Source: Vicugna vicugna
Lineage: Eukaryota
Length of the DNA stretch: 64,000 nt
Reading direction: 5' to 3'
NCBI GenBank assembly: GCA_013265495.1
Contig: MU058769.1
Coordinates: forward strand, 208,477-272,476
A program made the position numbers and the translations under genes. Under the pieces are notes generated by a model, which ran no database searches, had not been told where the DNA came from, and saw nothing but the letters and a program-made list of their open reading frames with translations. Below, piece after piece: positions 10,054 to 21,692 of this stretch (position 1 is the stretch's first letter; every line of letters starts with the position of its first letter).

Positions 10054-13000
10054 CTAAATAAAAACCACACTTTGTGCCGAACAATGGAATATAAAAGAAT
10101 CAGATGTACAACGATTTTAGACATCTACTATTTGGGAAAAAAAGTTTACAAAATATACAAAACTTTACAGCAATAGATAGTAAACACTTAAATATTAGGA
10201 GGTCAGTACTTATTAATTTAATGGAAGGAGTTAGACGTCAACAACTCTTCTCAGATTCGTTAAGAGACTTGAGCTAGTAGAGGGGCAGGGAGGGTGGACT
10301 GGACGGGGGAAGGGTGTTAAAAGAAACATCCAAATCAAAAGTTTCCTTTTTGTCCTGATGTTAAGTTTATGATGAGCAATCACATTGAAACAAACGCTGT
10401 GTGCCCTGCTTCCTAATTCATCCAGTGCAGGATTTCGGGAAAAGGATATGTGGGGACTCCCAGAGGGGCATATTTCTCCACATGGCCCACTTCCATGCCA
10501 ACAAAATCAGTGTCCATCTACGAAGGAATTTAAATTCACTTCCAAAGTTGAGTAGTCTGGGGAGCAGGAGGGCACAGCAGGCAGCCAGAAGAGGAAGAAA
10601 ACATCAGCAGCAAAACCTGATTGGGGAGAAGGTATTAAAGACAAAGGCTGTCCAAGAGATAAAAGGGTGTTGACAGATCAGAGGAAAGTCGAAAAGAATT
10701 TTTACCCATTTCCTGGCCCCCACCCCCACCTCCTTTCTTCCCAACTAGCCATGAACTATAGACACTCCATGGGGTCTTAAAATTTAGGACCAAATACCAG
10801 GGTAAGCAGAGCTTGCCAGCGGGCGCCGTGGCATCAGTGAGCCATCAGTGGGTCAGAGGAGTGCCAGGACACTGGCACTTCCTCTGGGCACAGCAGCCTC
10901 TGCCATTTAGTGTGCCATTAAAGTATCACCGTCTTCCCTTAGGGAAAAGTTGGGAATGGCCTCGTGCTTGCTTGCTTTAATGCTCTATGTAATTTCTAAA
11001 CAAAGGGCTCTGCAAATCATGCAGCTGGTCCTGAGTACAGAACAAGAAGAGGGGAGGAGAAGGAGCAGAGAAGACATTCAAAGGGCAGACAGAACCTCAG
11101 AACAGCACATGAGACAGCGCTAACCTGGGCTCCAGGGCAGAGAGGGCAACAAAACCCAATGAGCAGAAGGCTGAAAAAACTTAAAATTCAAAATATGAAT
11201 ACCTTCTACCAGGTATCCTTGAATGCCCTTTGCCATAAGCCATGATATAGTGTTTCAAATAAAGCAGTGCAGAAAAGGGTGAGCTGGAGGCAGAGGCAGC
11301 AAACACGACTGCAAAGGGAGGGTTGAGGTGTGAATACAGGGGACGCGCAGGGGAATGGGGTTTGGTCAATGAGCCTCATGAGCTACTGACCCTGCTACAT
11401 GTCTGACTGGAACCAACCGGGCCACCCTGGTCAACCGCTGGGCCTCAGGAGGATCAGGGGGTGCAGTTTTTGTTTAGTGTTTCAGGGGCAAAGCTTCAAG
11501 GATTTGTTTTTTGGTTTACTGGCAAAAAGGGAAAACTTCACAGTTTCAGGTTAAGTACACAGACTACCCAGCATCCACGATGCCCTCTGTTAAGGAAAAG
11601 GGCTTCTCCAGCACACCGATCCACTCTCGGCTCCGTGGCTGCGTTCCAGTAAGTGCCCCAAATCCTGCCATTTGAAACTCGGTCCTCACCAACAACCTGG
11701 GAGAAACCGCTCTGGCTGCAAACACTTAGCAGATACTTGCCTGTAGTCTTTTATACACTTTCTTTCTTAAACTTCTGATGGTCAGTGTGGGAAGAAGGAA
11801 GCAGGCAATCAGGGATGGTAAGTCTCAGCACTGCTTTCCCAGCAAGAATGTCCCAAGGGAACACTTAACAAGTTGGCTTCAGATAGTGGAAGTGGCCACT
11901 TGCACAAGTCCCATCGTGCAAGGGTCACCTCACCAGAGGGCCGGCACTCCAACCTGGAGGCTTTATCAATCGAGGGCTGGGGACAGAGGCAGCAGGTTCA
12001 ACAAGGACAGAGCTTTGGTTTGCCTGTTTGTCCCAGCCAGCTTCCTAAGTTTAGGAAGGATGAGAAAATATGCAAAAAGGTCCTTTACGTGGCTTGATCC
12101 CCTCACCCATCCCCAATCTACTCAATCACAGGACAGAAGGGGGATGAAAGGCTTAGGGATTTAACAAACCTCAACTTTCCAGACCTTATGCCATTATCTA
12201 AAGGGTTTCCTGGGTTTATTCTGCAAGACTGCCTGGAAAGAAAGAAAAGAATTTGCTTGTTTAAAGGTGTGACCTGTTCTCCCCTAGTTCTAGCCGCTGT
12301 TTCCCAAATCTCTCACCAGGACTGTCTCCTGGAATAGGGCTACCTACTGGGAGAAGCTCATTTTCCTGAAGTCTCTTATCCAAAAGAGATGCTGGGTAAT
12401 ATGTATATAAAACCAAAAATAAATAAATATTATGTCCAAAAAAGGCTTTGTGAGTCAATTAAAACCACTTGCTTGTGAAACAGCCCGGGTGCTGCTGAGT
12501 CCCACCTGGGCAGCGTCAGGGCTGAGGCCAGGGACTCCCGGAGCTCGCCTGAGCAGGTGAGGTAGTATGGGTTACTGAGGTGCTGCCTTGTGAGTATGCG
12601 AGATCCGAGGGCCCTCTCCCTCAAGCCTTCTTTGGGCAAGACCCCCTCAAAAGGCAACTAAGAACAGAGCCAACCAGCACCCCTGGACTGGGCAAGACCC
12701 GTTGCCCAGCCACCCAGGGAGGGCCTGAAGCAGCTGTCAGCAACTAGCGCCCCCTGGTGGCGATGCAATGACAGGTGAGGATAAATTCCAGCAGGACAAA
12801 GGTGAGCTGCCAAAGCTCTGGCCCAGTTAGCACAAAGTAAACAACAGGTTACCCGACTGGGGCAGACAGAACGCACATCCTGCTACATACCACTAGTTAC
12901 TCGGGTCCCTTAGTCCTGAAGGGCTCACAGTCCACCACTCCACCACTTCATGGGGTCTTCTCATCTACACTATAGGCCAAACACAATTCGAGGTGGGAGA

Positions 13001-13937
13001 CTGGATGTAAATTAAGGCAAGGCTGCTGCTGTCAGACATCCCCACCTCTCCCCCAGGAAACTCACAGTTGATGGAGGTGGCCGGATGACAGATGACTACA
13101 TCAAAGTGGCCCCCTGTCCTCTCTGCCCCACAGGGAAGGCCTGACGTCCTGGGCCATCGCTCCATAAAATCACGTCTCTTTGGAATTGAGGAGAAAAGAG
13201 TAACCTCCCTTCCTGTCCATCTAGACTGCCACTTCCGGCAGCACTGCAGGACACCTCTTCTGGCTGGCAAGGATTCATCCCAAAGCTTTCTGACCTAAAT
13301 GGAAAGCTTTGTCCCCAGTTGGGATCTAGCTGCCAAGAGACCTCACTATCCAATCAGCAGATCAGAGCCATGGAACAAGCAGGTCCCTCCATCCCTGACA
13401 CCTTTTCCCTGCTGAGGGCTGCGACTGGAGCCGGAGGTGAGCTGCTCTGCTGACTAGGCTTTCCTGAATGACCACACTCCCAAAATCTCTCTCATAGCTG
13501 GTTGTCCCGGTCGGAGGTCTGGCAGTAACACCCACCGTGAAGACCTCTCTCCACCTCCTCTATTCAGTGAGGCTGTTGGTTGGATTCTTAGCAGCATAAA
13601 ACCTATCAGTAAACTAAAACTCAGGAGGCTGGGGAAGGGGATCTACTTGATACCAACTGCCTGACGAGATCCCAAAACCAGCCTCAAAAGAATCAAAAAC
13701 ACAGCCCTGCATGGGCAGGAACAGGTAAGGAGGTAAACATGATAGGGCCGTCGCTTCTCAAAAACAGTAACAGTGTTCATGTGCTATTTCTTCTTTTTTT
13801 CTCCTTTAAACACAGGACAGAACAGGACTCCTAGCAAGGCAAAACCGAAACTTCGGCTCGGGAAGGACCAACAGCCATCAGAAAACTAACGTCCTGGCTG
13901 CTGCCTGGGAGCGCCCCCTGGCTCTGCGGGGACCCAG

Positions 13938-16073
13938 TCAGCTGTCCGGGTTCTTCTCGGCCTCTTTGGAATGGATAATGTACATGAAGGTCTGCTCGAT
14001 GGTGAAGTCAGGCGGGAGGCTGCCTTTGTGCACGCCGACGTGCTTGCTCATGAGGTTAAGCGTGGAGCTGTAGTGGCCACAGACCGTGCAGCGATACATG
14101 AGGGCCCCCGAGTGCGTCTTCAGGTGGCACTTGATGGTCGAGCGGCCTCGGAAGAACTTGTGGCACACCTTACACTGGTACGGCTTCTCGCCCGTGTGGA
14201 TCCGCCGGTGGTAGTTGAACTCACTTGTGTGGGCAAATCTTTTGCCACACACCTTGCAGCTGTACTTGCTATTCCCGGGTTGGCCCTGCAGCGCCAACTC
14301 CTCACTCAGGAACTCTTCTGCTGGCAGCTTCCGCTTCTGGAGAGCTGGGTGCTGTAGCCCAAAACCAGGCCGCGCATCAAGGCCGCTGTTGCATTTGTGC
14401 TGGCTCACGTGGTAGCGATAGGCAGCCTCCGACTTGAAGCTCTGGCTGCACAAGTGGCAGCGGAAGAGGGCGTCTTCCAGGCTTTGGTGCACAGCCATGT
14501 GCTTCTCCAGGAGATGCCAGTCCACAAAGCTGTTTGCACAGACGGAGCAGGAGAAGACCGAGATGCCGAGATGGGAGAGTGTGTGCCACATGAGGCTGCA
14601 GAGGTTGAGGTGGCGCTGGTCACAGACACTGCAGGCCTGGCCCTTCAGGTTCAGGTGGTCAAGGATGTGGCCCCGGACCACGTGGAAATCTCTGGCCAAT
14701 GCCTTCCCACAGGCAGCACATTTCAACTCTGCAGAGGCTGCTCCTGCAAACAGACCCAGCTTCCCAGGCAGAGGGTCGCTGGGGTGGACGATGATGTTGT
14801 TCTCAAATATCCCGTCCCGTCGGTGGAGGGTCAGCTGCCACTGGGTAAAGAACTTAGTTTCACACATGTCGCAGGAGAAGAGGAAAATACCGATGTGGGA
14901 CAGAACATGGGTCACCCGGGAGTTCCGGTCCTGGAAGTGTGTCTCGCAGACCTTGCAGTTGCCAGTCAGCAGGTCCACATGGTCCCGAGCATGCTGGCGG
15001 ATGAGCTGAATGTTGGGCTCTAGAACTTTCTTGCACACTTGGCAGGGCATGGCCTTACTCTCTCGGTTGTCATTCTCTCCGAAAGTCAGCTCGTCCTCAC
15101 TGTCGTCACTCAATTCAATCACCTCCTCAGCTGTGCCTATCTCCTCAGTGGGGTCTTCAAACTGCAAGTCGTCGTCCCCCAGGTCCTCCAGCTGGAGCTC
15201 ATCCATCTGCCCAAAGCTGGGGTCTTTGGAGTGGTCGCTATTGCTCAGACAGGAGTTGGTCCCAGTGGTAATATCTATTGCATTGTCAGGGGTAAAGAAG
15301 CTGTTTTTACTAAAGTCTCCATTGCTCTGGACTTTGTATGGCTGGCAGGAGCTTGTGCTGGTTTGGATGCCCATGCTGACAGTGCCCAGGACTGGCTGGG
15401 TCGCCATACTGGGGACAGACGTGAAAGGAGCAGGGGCATCGTGGTCTTCTGTCTTTGGCGGCAGTGGCTGCTGCGGCAGAGGCAGGCTATGGTTAGTGTC
15501 ACTGGTAACGTTTCTCTCTTCCTCTTTATAGCTTCCTCCAGCATCACCAGGCAACACATAGTTTCTATCAGGACCAAAGTGCTCCCCACCACCCCGGAGT
15601 TCTCCAAGGGGATGGGTGGGTTCTGCTGAGCTACAACTCAGGGTACCAGAGTGGCTCTCACTGGTGCTGGTCAGCGGCTTGGCCACGGCAGTGGTCTCCA
15701 GGTCAGGAAAAGTGGAGTGACAGGCCCGAAGGAGATCCTCCATACCCAGACGCTCAGCGACCTCATAGATGACCCCAACGTTGATCAGGTCCGTGAAGAG
15801 CTCTGACGTGTAAACAAAGCTCAGAATCTTCTCAAAGTTGGCGGGGGTGATGAAGTCCACCACATAGGTCCTGGCAGCATCAAGCCCAGTGTTCAGGAAG
15901 AGGTTCTGGAAGTAGCCAGCCGCACAGGCTAGCACGGCTTTGTGGGCCGGGAAGGAGCGGCTCCCCACCACGATGGTGACATCGCACATGGTCTCTGAGA
16001 GCCGGCACTTGTTGAGTTCCTTCAGCAGGTTGTTGGGGTGGTTGGTGCTTTGCAGTTTGATCCTCATGCCCAT
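13938..16073 (-). CDS. ZBTB39: Zinc finger and BTB domain protein 39, single coding exon, 711 aa
   Basis: N-terminal BTB/POZ domain (MCDVTIVVGSRSFPAHKAVLA), acidic linker, about 10 C2H2-type fingers including a TGEKPY linker. Exon acceptor cag| at 16117. Confidence 0.97.
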   Translation of the reverse strand: MGMRIKLQSTNHPNNLLKELNKCRLSETMCDVTIVVGSRSFPAHKAVLACAAGYFQNLFLNTGLDAARTYVVDFITPANFEKILSFVYTSELFTDLINVGVIYEVAERLGMEDLLRACHSTFPDLETTAVAKPLTSTSESHSGTLSCSSAEPTHPLGELRGGGEHFGPDRNYVLPGDAGGSYKEEERNVTSDTNHSLPLPQQPLPPKTEDHDAPAPFTSVPSMATQPVLGTVSMGIQTSTSSCQPYKVQSNGDFSKNSFFTPDNAIDITTGTNSCLSNSDHSKDPSFGQMDELQLEDLGDDDLQFEDPTEEIGTAEEVIELSDDSEDELTFGENDNRESKAMPCQVCKKVLEPNIQLIRQHARDHVDLLTGNCKVCETHFQDRNSRVTHVLSHIGIFLFSCDMCETKFFTQWQLTLHRRDGIFENNIIVHPSDPLPGKLGLFAGAASAELKCAACGKALARDFHVVRGHILDHLNLKGQACSVCDQRHLNLCSLMWHTLSHLGISVFSCSVCANSFVDWHLLEKHMAVHQSLEDALFRCHLCSQSFKSEAAYRYHVSQHKCNSGLDARPGFGLQHPALQKRKLPAEEFLSEELALQGQPGNSKYSCKVCGKRFAHTSEFNYHRRIHTGEKPYQCKVCHKFFRGRSTIKCHLKTHSGALMYRCTVCGHYSSTLNLMSKHVGVHKGSLPPDFTIEQTFMYIIHSKEAEKNPDS

Positions 16074-17199
16074 CTTAGCAGCTCCTATGATGTTGCCTCC
16101 TTATCAGCACGGTTAATCTGTGGACAGCAAAAGGAAAAGGTGGATGGCCAAACACATCCCCGCAGGTGAGGAGATCCACAGGAGGAAATGCCACCAGTCT
16201 GCGTGTTTCCAAGCTCTGCGTGGGGAGCAGCAGTGAATGCACAAACACCTGCTCCATTCTGCTGGGGGGAAGGACAGCAAAAGTGACGGGACAGTGACCT
16301 CGCTCCCTGCACATGCCCAGAGTAGTCACGACAAAATCCAAAAGTATTGGGGAAAAAACTGTCAGCTTGGTCTTTAAGAGTCAGTAAGAGAGTCTGTAGG
16401 CCTGGTTAGACAGAAGCTAGTGTCTTAAAGCCAAGCCAGAAGCATCCTCTCAGACAAAATCTTACACTTCTTTACCAGAGCAACTGGCTCAAATTTTTCT
16501 CAATAATTTCCTAATTTCCTCCTGAATACACGCTTTCCTATCTCATTGCGTATATTCTCTTCCCTTATGATGCCAAATGCCACACACACACTAGAACACA
16601 ATTATCAAAGCGCCACTGGCTGCTGGGGAAAGGGAAAGGGTGCTCTGTCCTTTAGTTTCCTACCATTGCTATGTTCTTTCAGTCCCTCAATAAATCTCTC
16701 ACTCATTCTTGAGTCCCCATCTCACTCTACCCATGCTACCTGCCTGCCCTCTTGTCTCCCCATAGCCCAGAGCTATTTAGAGACTGTTCTATCACATTCT
16801 CTGTGTGCTGTGAATGAAGTAAAAACACTCAGAACCCAAAGAAGTAAAGCAAAGCAGAACACAACTGTGGTATTTAATATGACAAATACGCTTCCATTCT
16901 TTTTCCCACCCTTTTCAGGAATTATGCTTATTTGACCAGAACTAAGAGATTTACTTGATCTTGATTACACAGGTAACTCCTACAGGCTTGCTCAGTTCCA
17001 CTTTTCCCCCCTTTTCGAGTCCTGCACGACGAAGGGGACAAGCTAGCTGGCTTCTCTTTCAGTCTCACGACTCGCCCTGTGCAACACAGCCCCTTTCTGC
17101 ACCTCATCACGTTCGATTAACTCCCAACTTTTTCTGGGGCCCAGGAAGCTTCTGGGCATTGTTGGGTAGCAGCCAAGCATCTCCCGGGCCCTGGTGGTC

Positions 17200-18060
17200 A
17201 CACATCAACGGTCAGCAGGTCGGGGCGCCGGGAAGCCTGAGCGGGGAGCGGTAGGGGACGGATTCGGAACTTCCGAGAAGGCACCCCAACAACCCCTGGC
17301 GCCGCAGTCTCCCCTCTGGAGGGTCGAATCCGGGAGGAAGGGAGTTCAGTAGGGCTGGGGCACTCCATCTGGGGAGCACCAAGTACCTCGGTGCCTCCCA
17401 AACAGCGGGGCGACCTCGGGCGGCGGGTGGGGGGCGACGCGGCGGGGCGCGGGGTCGGGCGGGGGGCGAAGGGATCGGCGGCGGGGCCGGCCGCGGGCGG
17501 CGCGCGGCGGGAGAGGACGGGTCCGGGCGAGGGGAGCGGGCAGGGGGGAGCCCAGGGGGGGGGAGAGGAAGGCCGGGACGGGGGTCCGGCCTCGGCCAGG
17601 GCAGCCCTCGGCCCGGCCGCGCTTACCCGGCTCCGCGGGGCCCGAGCACCATCGCCGCCGCCGCCTCACACAAAGGCCCCGGCCCGCCGTGCCCGGCCCG
17701 ACGAGGAGGCGGCGCCGGCGGCCGCGGCCAGACTCTCCATCCGCCGCGCCGCTCGCCGCGCCGGCCCGGGCCGCTCCCGCNNNNNNNNNNNNNNNNNNNN
17801 NNNNNNNNNNNNNNNNNNNNNNNNNNNNNNNNNNCAGCGCCCCCCACCCCACCCCCCAACAACGGCGGGGCCGGGCGCGAGGCCGGAGGGCAGAGGCCAC
17901 CAAGCCTCGGGCCGCCCCCCAGCCGCCCGGGCCCCCGCGCGACCCGGGGTCCCGGGCCGGCCCTCGGGAGCAGTTGCGGGAATGTTTCCGACCCCATCCC
18001 CCAGGCCTGGCTTTTCTGAAGCGGCGATCCACCCGGCGGAGGACCACTTCCTCCTCGCCC
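17200..18060 (-). promoter_or_regulatory. ZBTB39: CpG island promoter and non-coding exon 1 of ZBTB39
   Basis: Very GC- and CpG-dense. Minus-strand donor CGG|gtaagc puts the exon 1 end at 17627. Contains an N gap. Confidence 0.85.
17781..17834. other. Assembly gap (54 N)
   Basis: Run of n inside the CpG island. Confidence 1.
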
Positions 18061-18214
18061 TGGTACCTGGAGAAGTGAAAACCCCATCCCAACTCTAAGC
18101 TTAAATCTCCTCCTCTGTTCTACGTCTCATATTCCCAGAAGTTTACTCTCAAAACATCTGCTGTTACAGTTTTACAAAAAGTTGTAAGATTATTGACTAA
18201 TTTATAGCTCCGCC

Positions 18215-18350
18215 ACTAGGCAGAGAGCTTCCTGAAGGCAGGGGTCTGTGGTTCTGCACATTACTGCATCCCCGCACTTACCACACATTTCTGGTCCATA
18301 TGATAGGTACTTAATAAAGCCCGTTTGAATGAATGAACAACTGAATGAAT
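18215..18350 (+). mobile_element. L2 3' end relic
   Basis: agcttcctgaaggcagggg...ataggtacttaataaa...ttgaatgaatgaa. Confidence 0.7.
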
Positions 18351-18507
18351 AAATACTTGAGAGCTGGGCCCATGGTGGACCACTCTGAAAGTTCACTGTG
18401 GCCTCCCCTTCCAGCGAGGTGGCCAAATGAAGGAATTCACAGTATCCCGCTGTGTGCCACCGCACCTTGGCTGCCCAGGCCTGCTTCCAGCAGCTGGTCC
18501 CCCCCCT

Positions 18508-18855
18508 TGGAGGGGAGCAGAACTTGACATCCCCAAATGTGCCTCTTTGACATAAGGATTCTTTTCAAGAAGCAGCAGACAGCAGAGAAGCTCTGAAAAC
18601 TGAGAAATTATCCTTTTGTTAGAGATATTTACATTTGTAAGCGAAATCTCCATTTGTAAGAGTGTCTCCCTCTCTGTACCAGAAAGATAACTAAATGTGT
18701 AGGAACTCTTAATTTTCCTGGGTACCTCCCATGTAGACAGGAAGTATACATGTGATTAAACCTCCGTTTCTTTTTTTCCTGTCAATCTGTCTTTTATTAT
18801 TTATTCAGCCCAGAACCTAGAAGGGTAGAGGGAAAATTATTTTTCCTCCTCTGCT
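18508..18855 (+). mobile_element. MER34-like ERV1 solo LTR (partial)
   Basis: Starts tggaggggagcagaac...ccccaaatgtgcctctttgacataaggatt and ends gaacctagaagggtagagggaaaattatttttcctcctc. Family name recalled. Confidence 0.65.
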
Positions 18856-19644
18856 TCCCTCTTTCAAGAGCCCCACTGCCCTGCTTCCACCTGCCCTTCT
18901 CCTTTAGTGCACCAGTTACCCTCCAAATCTCCCAAACGCTCCTGCCCAAGAATTGTCATCAAACCAAGACCACCTGCCCTGCCTGCCACACCACCACCAC
19001 CTAAGACATTGGAAATCCACACATTTCTGGTCCATATGAAGTCCTTGTCATCCCAGCTCTCTCTCCTCCAACACGTAGGAACATCTCAGGCTCTAGGACC
19101 CTTCTGTGTCTGCATCTCCTATCTCATCCTGTCCATTGCCAGATGTTAGAAGGCAGCCAGGCAACAACTCCAACAATTTTTGCAACTTTCTGGCTCCCAA
19201 GATTCCCATTAACAATAGCAGCCTTTGTCTACATAAATGAGACAAACAAACATGTGCAGCTTAACACACGAGCAGTAACCAAGATATATTACTGCAGCTT
19301 GGCCAAAAGAAGTCACTGTGTGTACCACCAACAATTCCCATGGAACTTGGGACTGGAAAAAGGACTGAACCAACAGACCTAAAATAATGGTATCCGAGGA
19401 CTGGTTCCAAAAAAATGAAGAACCGCAGCTGCCACCAGCAGTTCCCGGTGTAGAATCTGAGGACAGACCTGAGTGCTGGGGTTTTCTACTCAAATGGGGG
19501 AATTATGGTCTGGACCACGGGCTGGGGGCTTGGGTTCTAGATGGAACTGTCTACTAGCTCAAGCTGACTGCCCCAAACTGGAAAGCCACTTAGATCAGGA
19601 GATGACATAAAGACAGTGGAGCTCAAAACCGAGACGATGTAATA

Positions 19645-19790
19645 GCCTAAAATGAAAAAGAATATGAAAAGATAGATTATATATGTGTGTGTGTGTGTGT
19701 GTGTATAACTGAATCACTGTGCTGTGCACCAGAAACTAACACATTGTAAGCCAAGCATATTTCAATAAAATATACACATATATATGTAAA
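19645..19790 (+). mobile_element. LINE-1 3' terminal fragment containing (TG)n
   Basis: aatgaaaaagaatat...(tg)n...ataactgaatcactgtgctgtgcaccagaaactaacacattgtaa...ttcaataaaa. Confidence 0.75.
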
Positions 19791-19928
19791 CTGAGAATTT
19801 ATTCATGGCCCTCAGAAACAGCAAGAAAGACAGAGAACCCAAAAGGGTTTGCAGGGACCATAACTATGTTACTCACTGTCCCTGAAGCCATCAGAAGTCT
19901 CCTTCAGTCCTACTGCTGATGCCAACTC

Positions 19929-20627
19929 TGTTTAAAAAAAAAAAAATCCAACCGAGTAAATTTGAAGATCTAATTGACTTTACTCAACAATTCAGTAACA
20001 GGAGTGTCCCATCTAGCAAGTAGAAAGGAGCTCTGAAGAGCTCTACAAAATAGAAGTGTTTTATACGGAAAAGGGGGCAGGAAAAGGAAGTTTCTAGCGA
20101 AGAGCTGTTAAAAAAGAAACAGGCCCAAAATAGAGTCACTTATGCTAAGGTCCATGTCGTCAAACCAAGACTTGATTGCAGTTTCAGCCTCTCTGAAGAA
20201 TGTGAGTTTTAACCAGTCAATATGGAATTACCTAGCCACCTCATAGACAGCTGCCTCCCCGCAAAGGAAATAACCCGTCCTCCTGTCCGTGACTTCTTGC
20301 CCCACTCCCTTTCTGCTCTTAAAAAACCTTTCCTTTTCTGCAGCTGTTTGGAACTCCTTTCTATTTGCTAGGTGGAATGCTGCCTGATTCATGGGTCATT
20401 GAATAAAGCCAATGAGAACTTCAAATTTACTCAGCTGAATTTTGTTTTTCAACAGAGTGGATTACTTCAGGCAAGATCGCCTTCCTTGTGGTAATTCCGT
20501 ATTGCCTGGTTAAAGGTCACGTTCCTAGGAGAGGCTGAAACTGCCATTAGGTCAGGCATTAAATCTTGGTTGCTAACATGGGGCTTAGCGCAAGTGACTC
20601 CATTACGGGCCCATTTCTTTTTTAACA
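19929..20627 (-). mobile_element. Solo LTR (outer, minus strand), interrupted by a same-family LTR
   Basis: TG...CA termini. The reverse complement begins tgttaaaaaagaaatgggcccgtaatggagtcac, homologous to the inner element. Confidence 0.75.
20106..20454 (+). mobile_element. Solo LTR (inner, plus strand)
   Basis: tgttaaaaaagaaacaggcccaaaatagagtcac...aataaa...tttcaaca, flanked by gagc/gagt (4-bp TSD with one mismatch). Confidence 0.8.
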
Positions 20628-20817
20628 CAGCCAATAGACTCCAAACCTCCGGCATGGCTCTGAGACATCAGGCTGCAAGACTTGGCAGGCGTCTTGGGCC
20701 TGTTGAATCTTTCTAACCAACTGCTTTAACCGTCTCTGGAATGTTGATCCCAGTAAATGTACTTCACATGCTAACACCCCTCTGAAGGTGGAGATTAAAG
20801 TGTGTAATGTTGATACT

Positions 20818-21595
20818 TGTGATATTGTGATTTATAATAAGAAATATATATTTGGTCTTTATCCCTGTTTCTAGCACAGACCTCCTAAAACATTTGGAAT
20901 TCCCTAAGTAGTGAGAGCCATAGAGACGTCTGTTGTTATGTTGATGAATGCCTTGTGGACGCACCTAAAGGTGGGCGGCTGGCTGCTAGGAGGACTTTTG
21001 ATTAGAGGGTTGAAACATTCAGTCTCAAACCCCTGCCCTCCAGAGAGGGAAGAGGGGGCTAGAGGTTGAATCAATTACCAATGGTCGATGATTTAATCAA
21101 TCATACCTATGTAATGAAGCTTCCATAAAAACCTAAAAGAAGTGGGTTTGGAGAGCTTGCAGATTGGTGAAACCATAGAGATTCAGTGAGAGGCGAGTGG
21201 CGTGCTCAGAGAGGGCATGGACGCGCCGCGACTCTCGCATCCGTTTCCCCATGCATCTCTTCCATCTGGCCTTCCTGTTACATTATATTGTAATAAACTG
21301 GTGATCTAGTGAGTGAATGAGTTTTCTGAGTCCCATGAACAATAGCAGATTAATGGAACTCAAGGATAGGGCTTTGGGAACCTCTAATTTGTAGTTGTGG
21401 ATCAGAAGAACAGTTAATAACCTGGGCTTAAGATAGGCATCTGAAGGGGTTGGGGTCGGGGGTGGGTCTTGTAGGACTGAGCTCTGTGAAATCTGATACT
21501 ATCTCTGGGTAGATAATATGTAGATAATATTGGAGCATTGCTTGGTGGTGTGGGAAACCCTCCCCCTCCACACATACTGAATTGGGTCTAGAATC
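20818..21595 (+). mobile_element. MER21-like solo LTR
   Basis: Starts tgtgatattgtgatttataataagaaatatatatttggtc...cacagacctcctaaaa. Homologous to 3683-4490. Confidence 0.75.
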
Positions 21596-21692
21596 TTTAA
21601 TACTGAAGTCTTTAAAGTCTATCACCATGCCATCACAATGACACACAGACACAAAGCTAAGTCGAGGAGGGCCAGGAATTTAGCCAGGGTCT

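Noticed and set aside
13971..15629. Plus-strand ORFs of 128-208 aa within ZBTB39
   Set aside because: Antisense shadows of the real CDS.
17346..18098. Long Ala/Gly/Arg/Pro-rich ORFs across the CpG island
   Set aside because: Compositional artefacts that also span an N gap.
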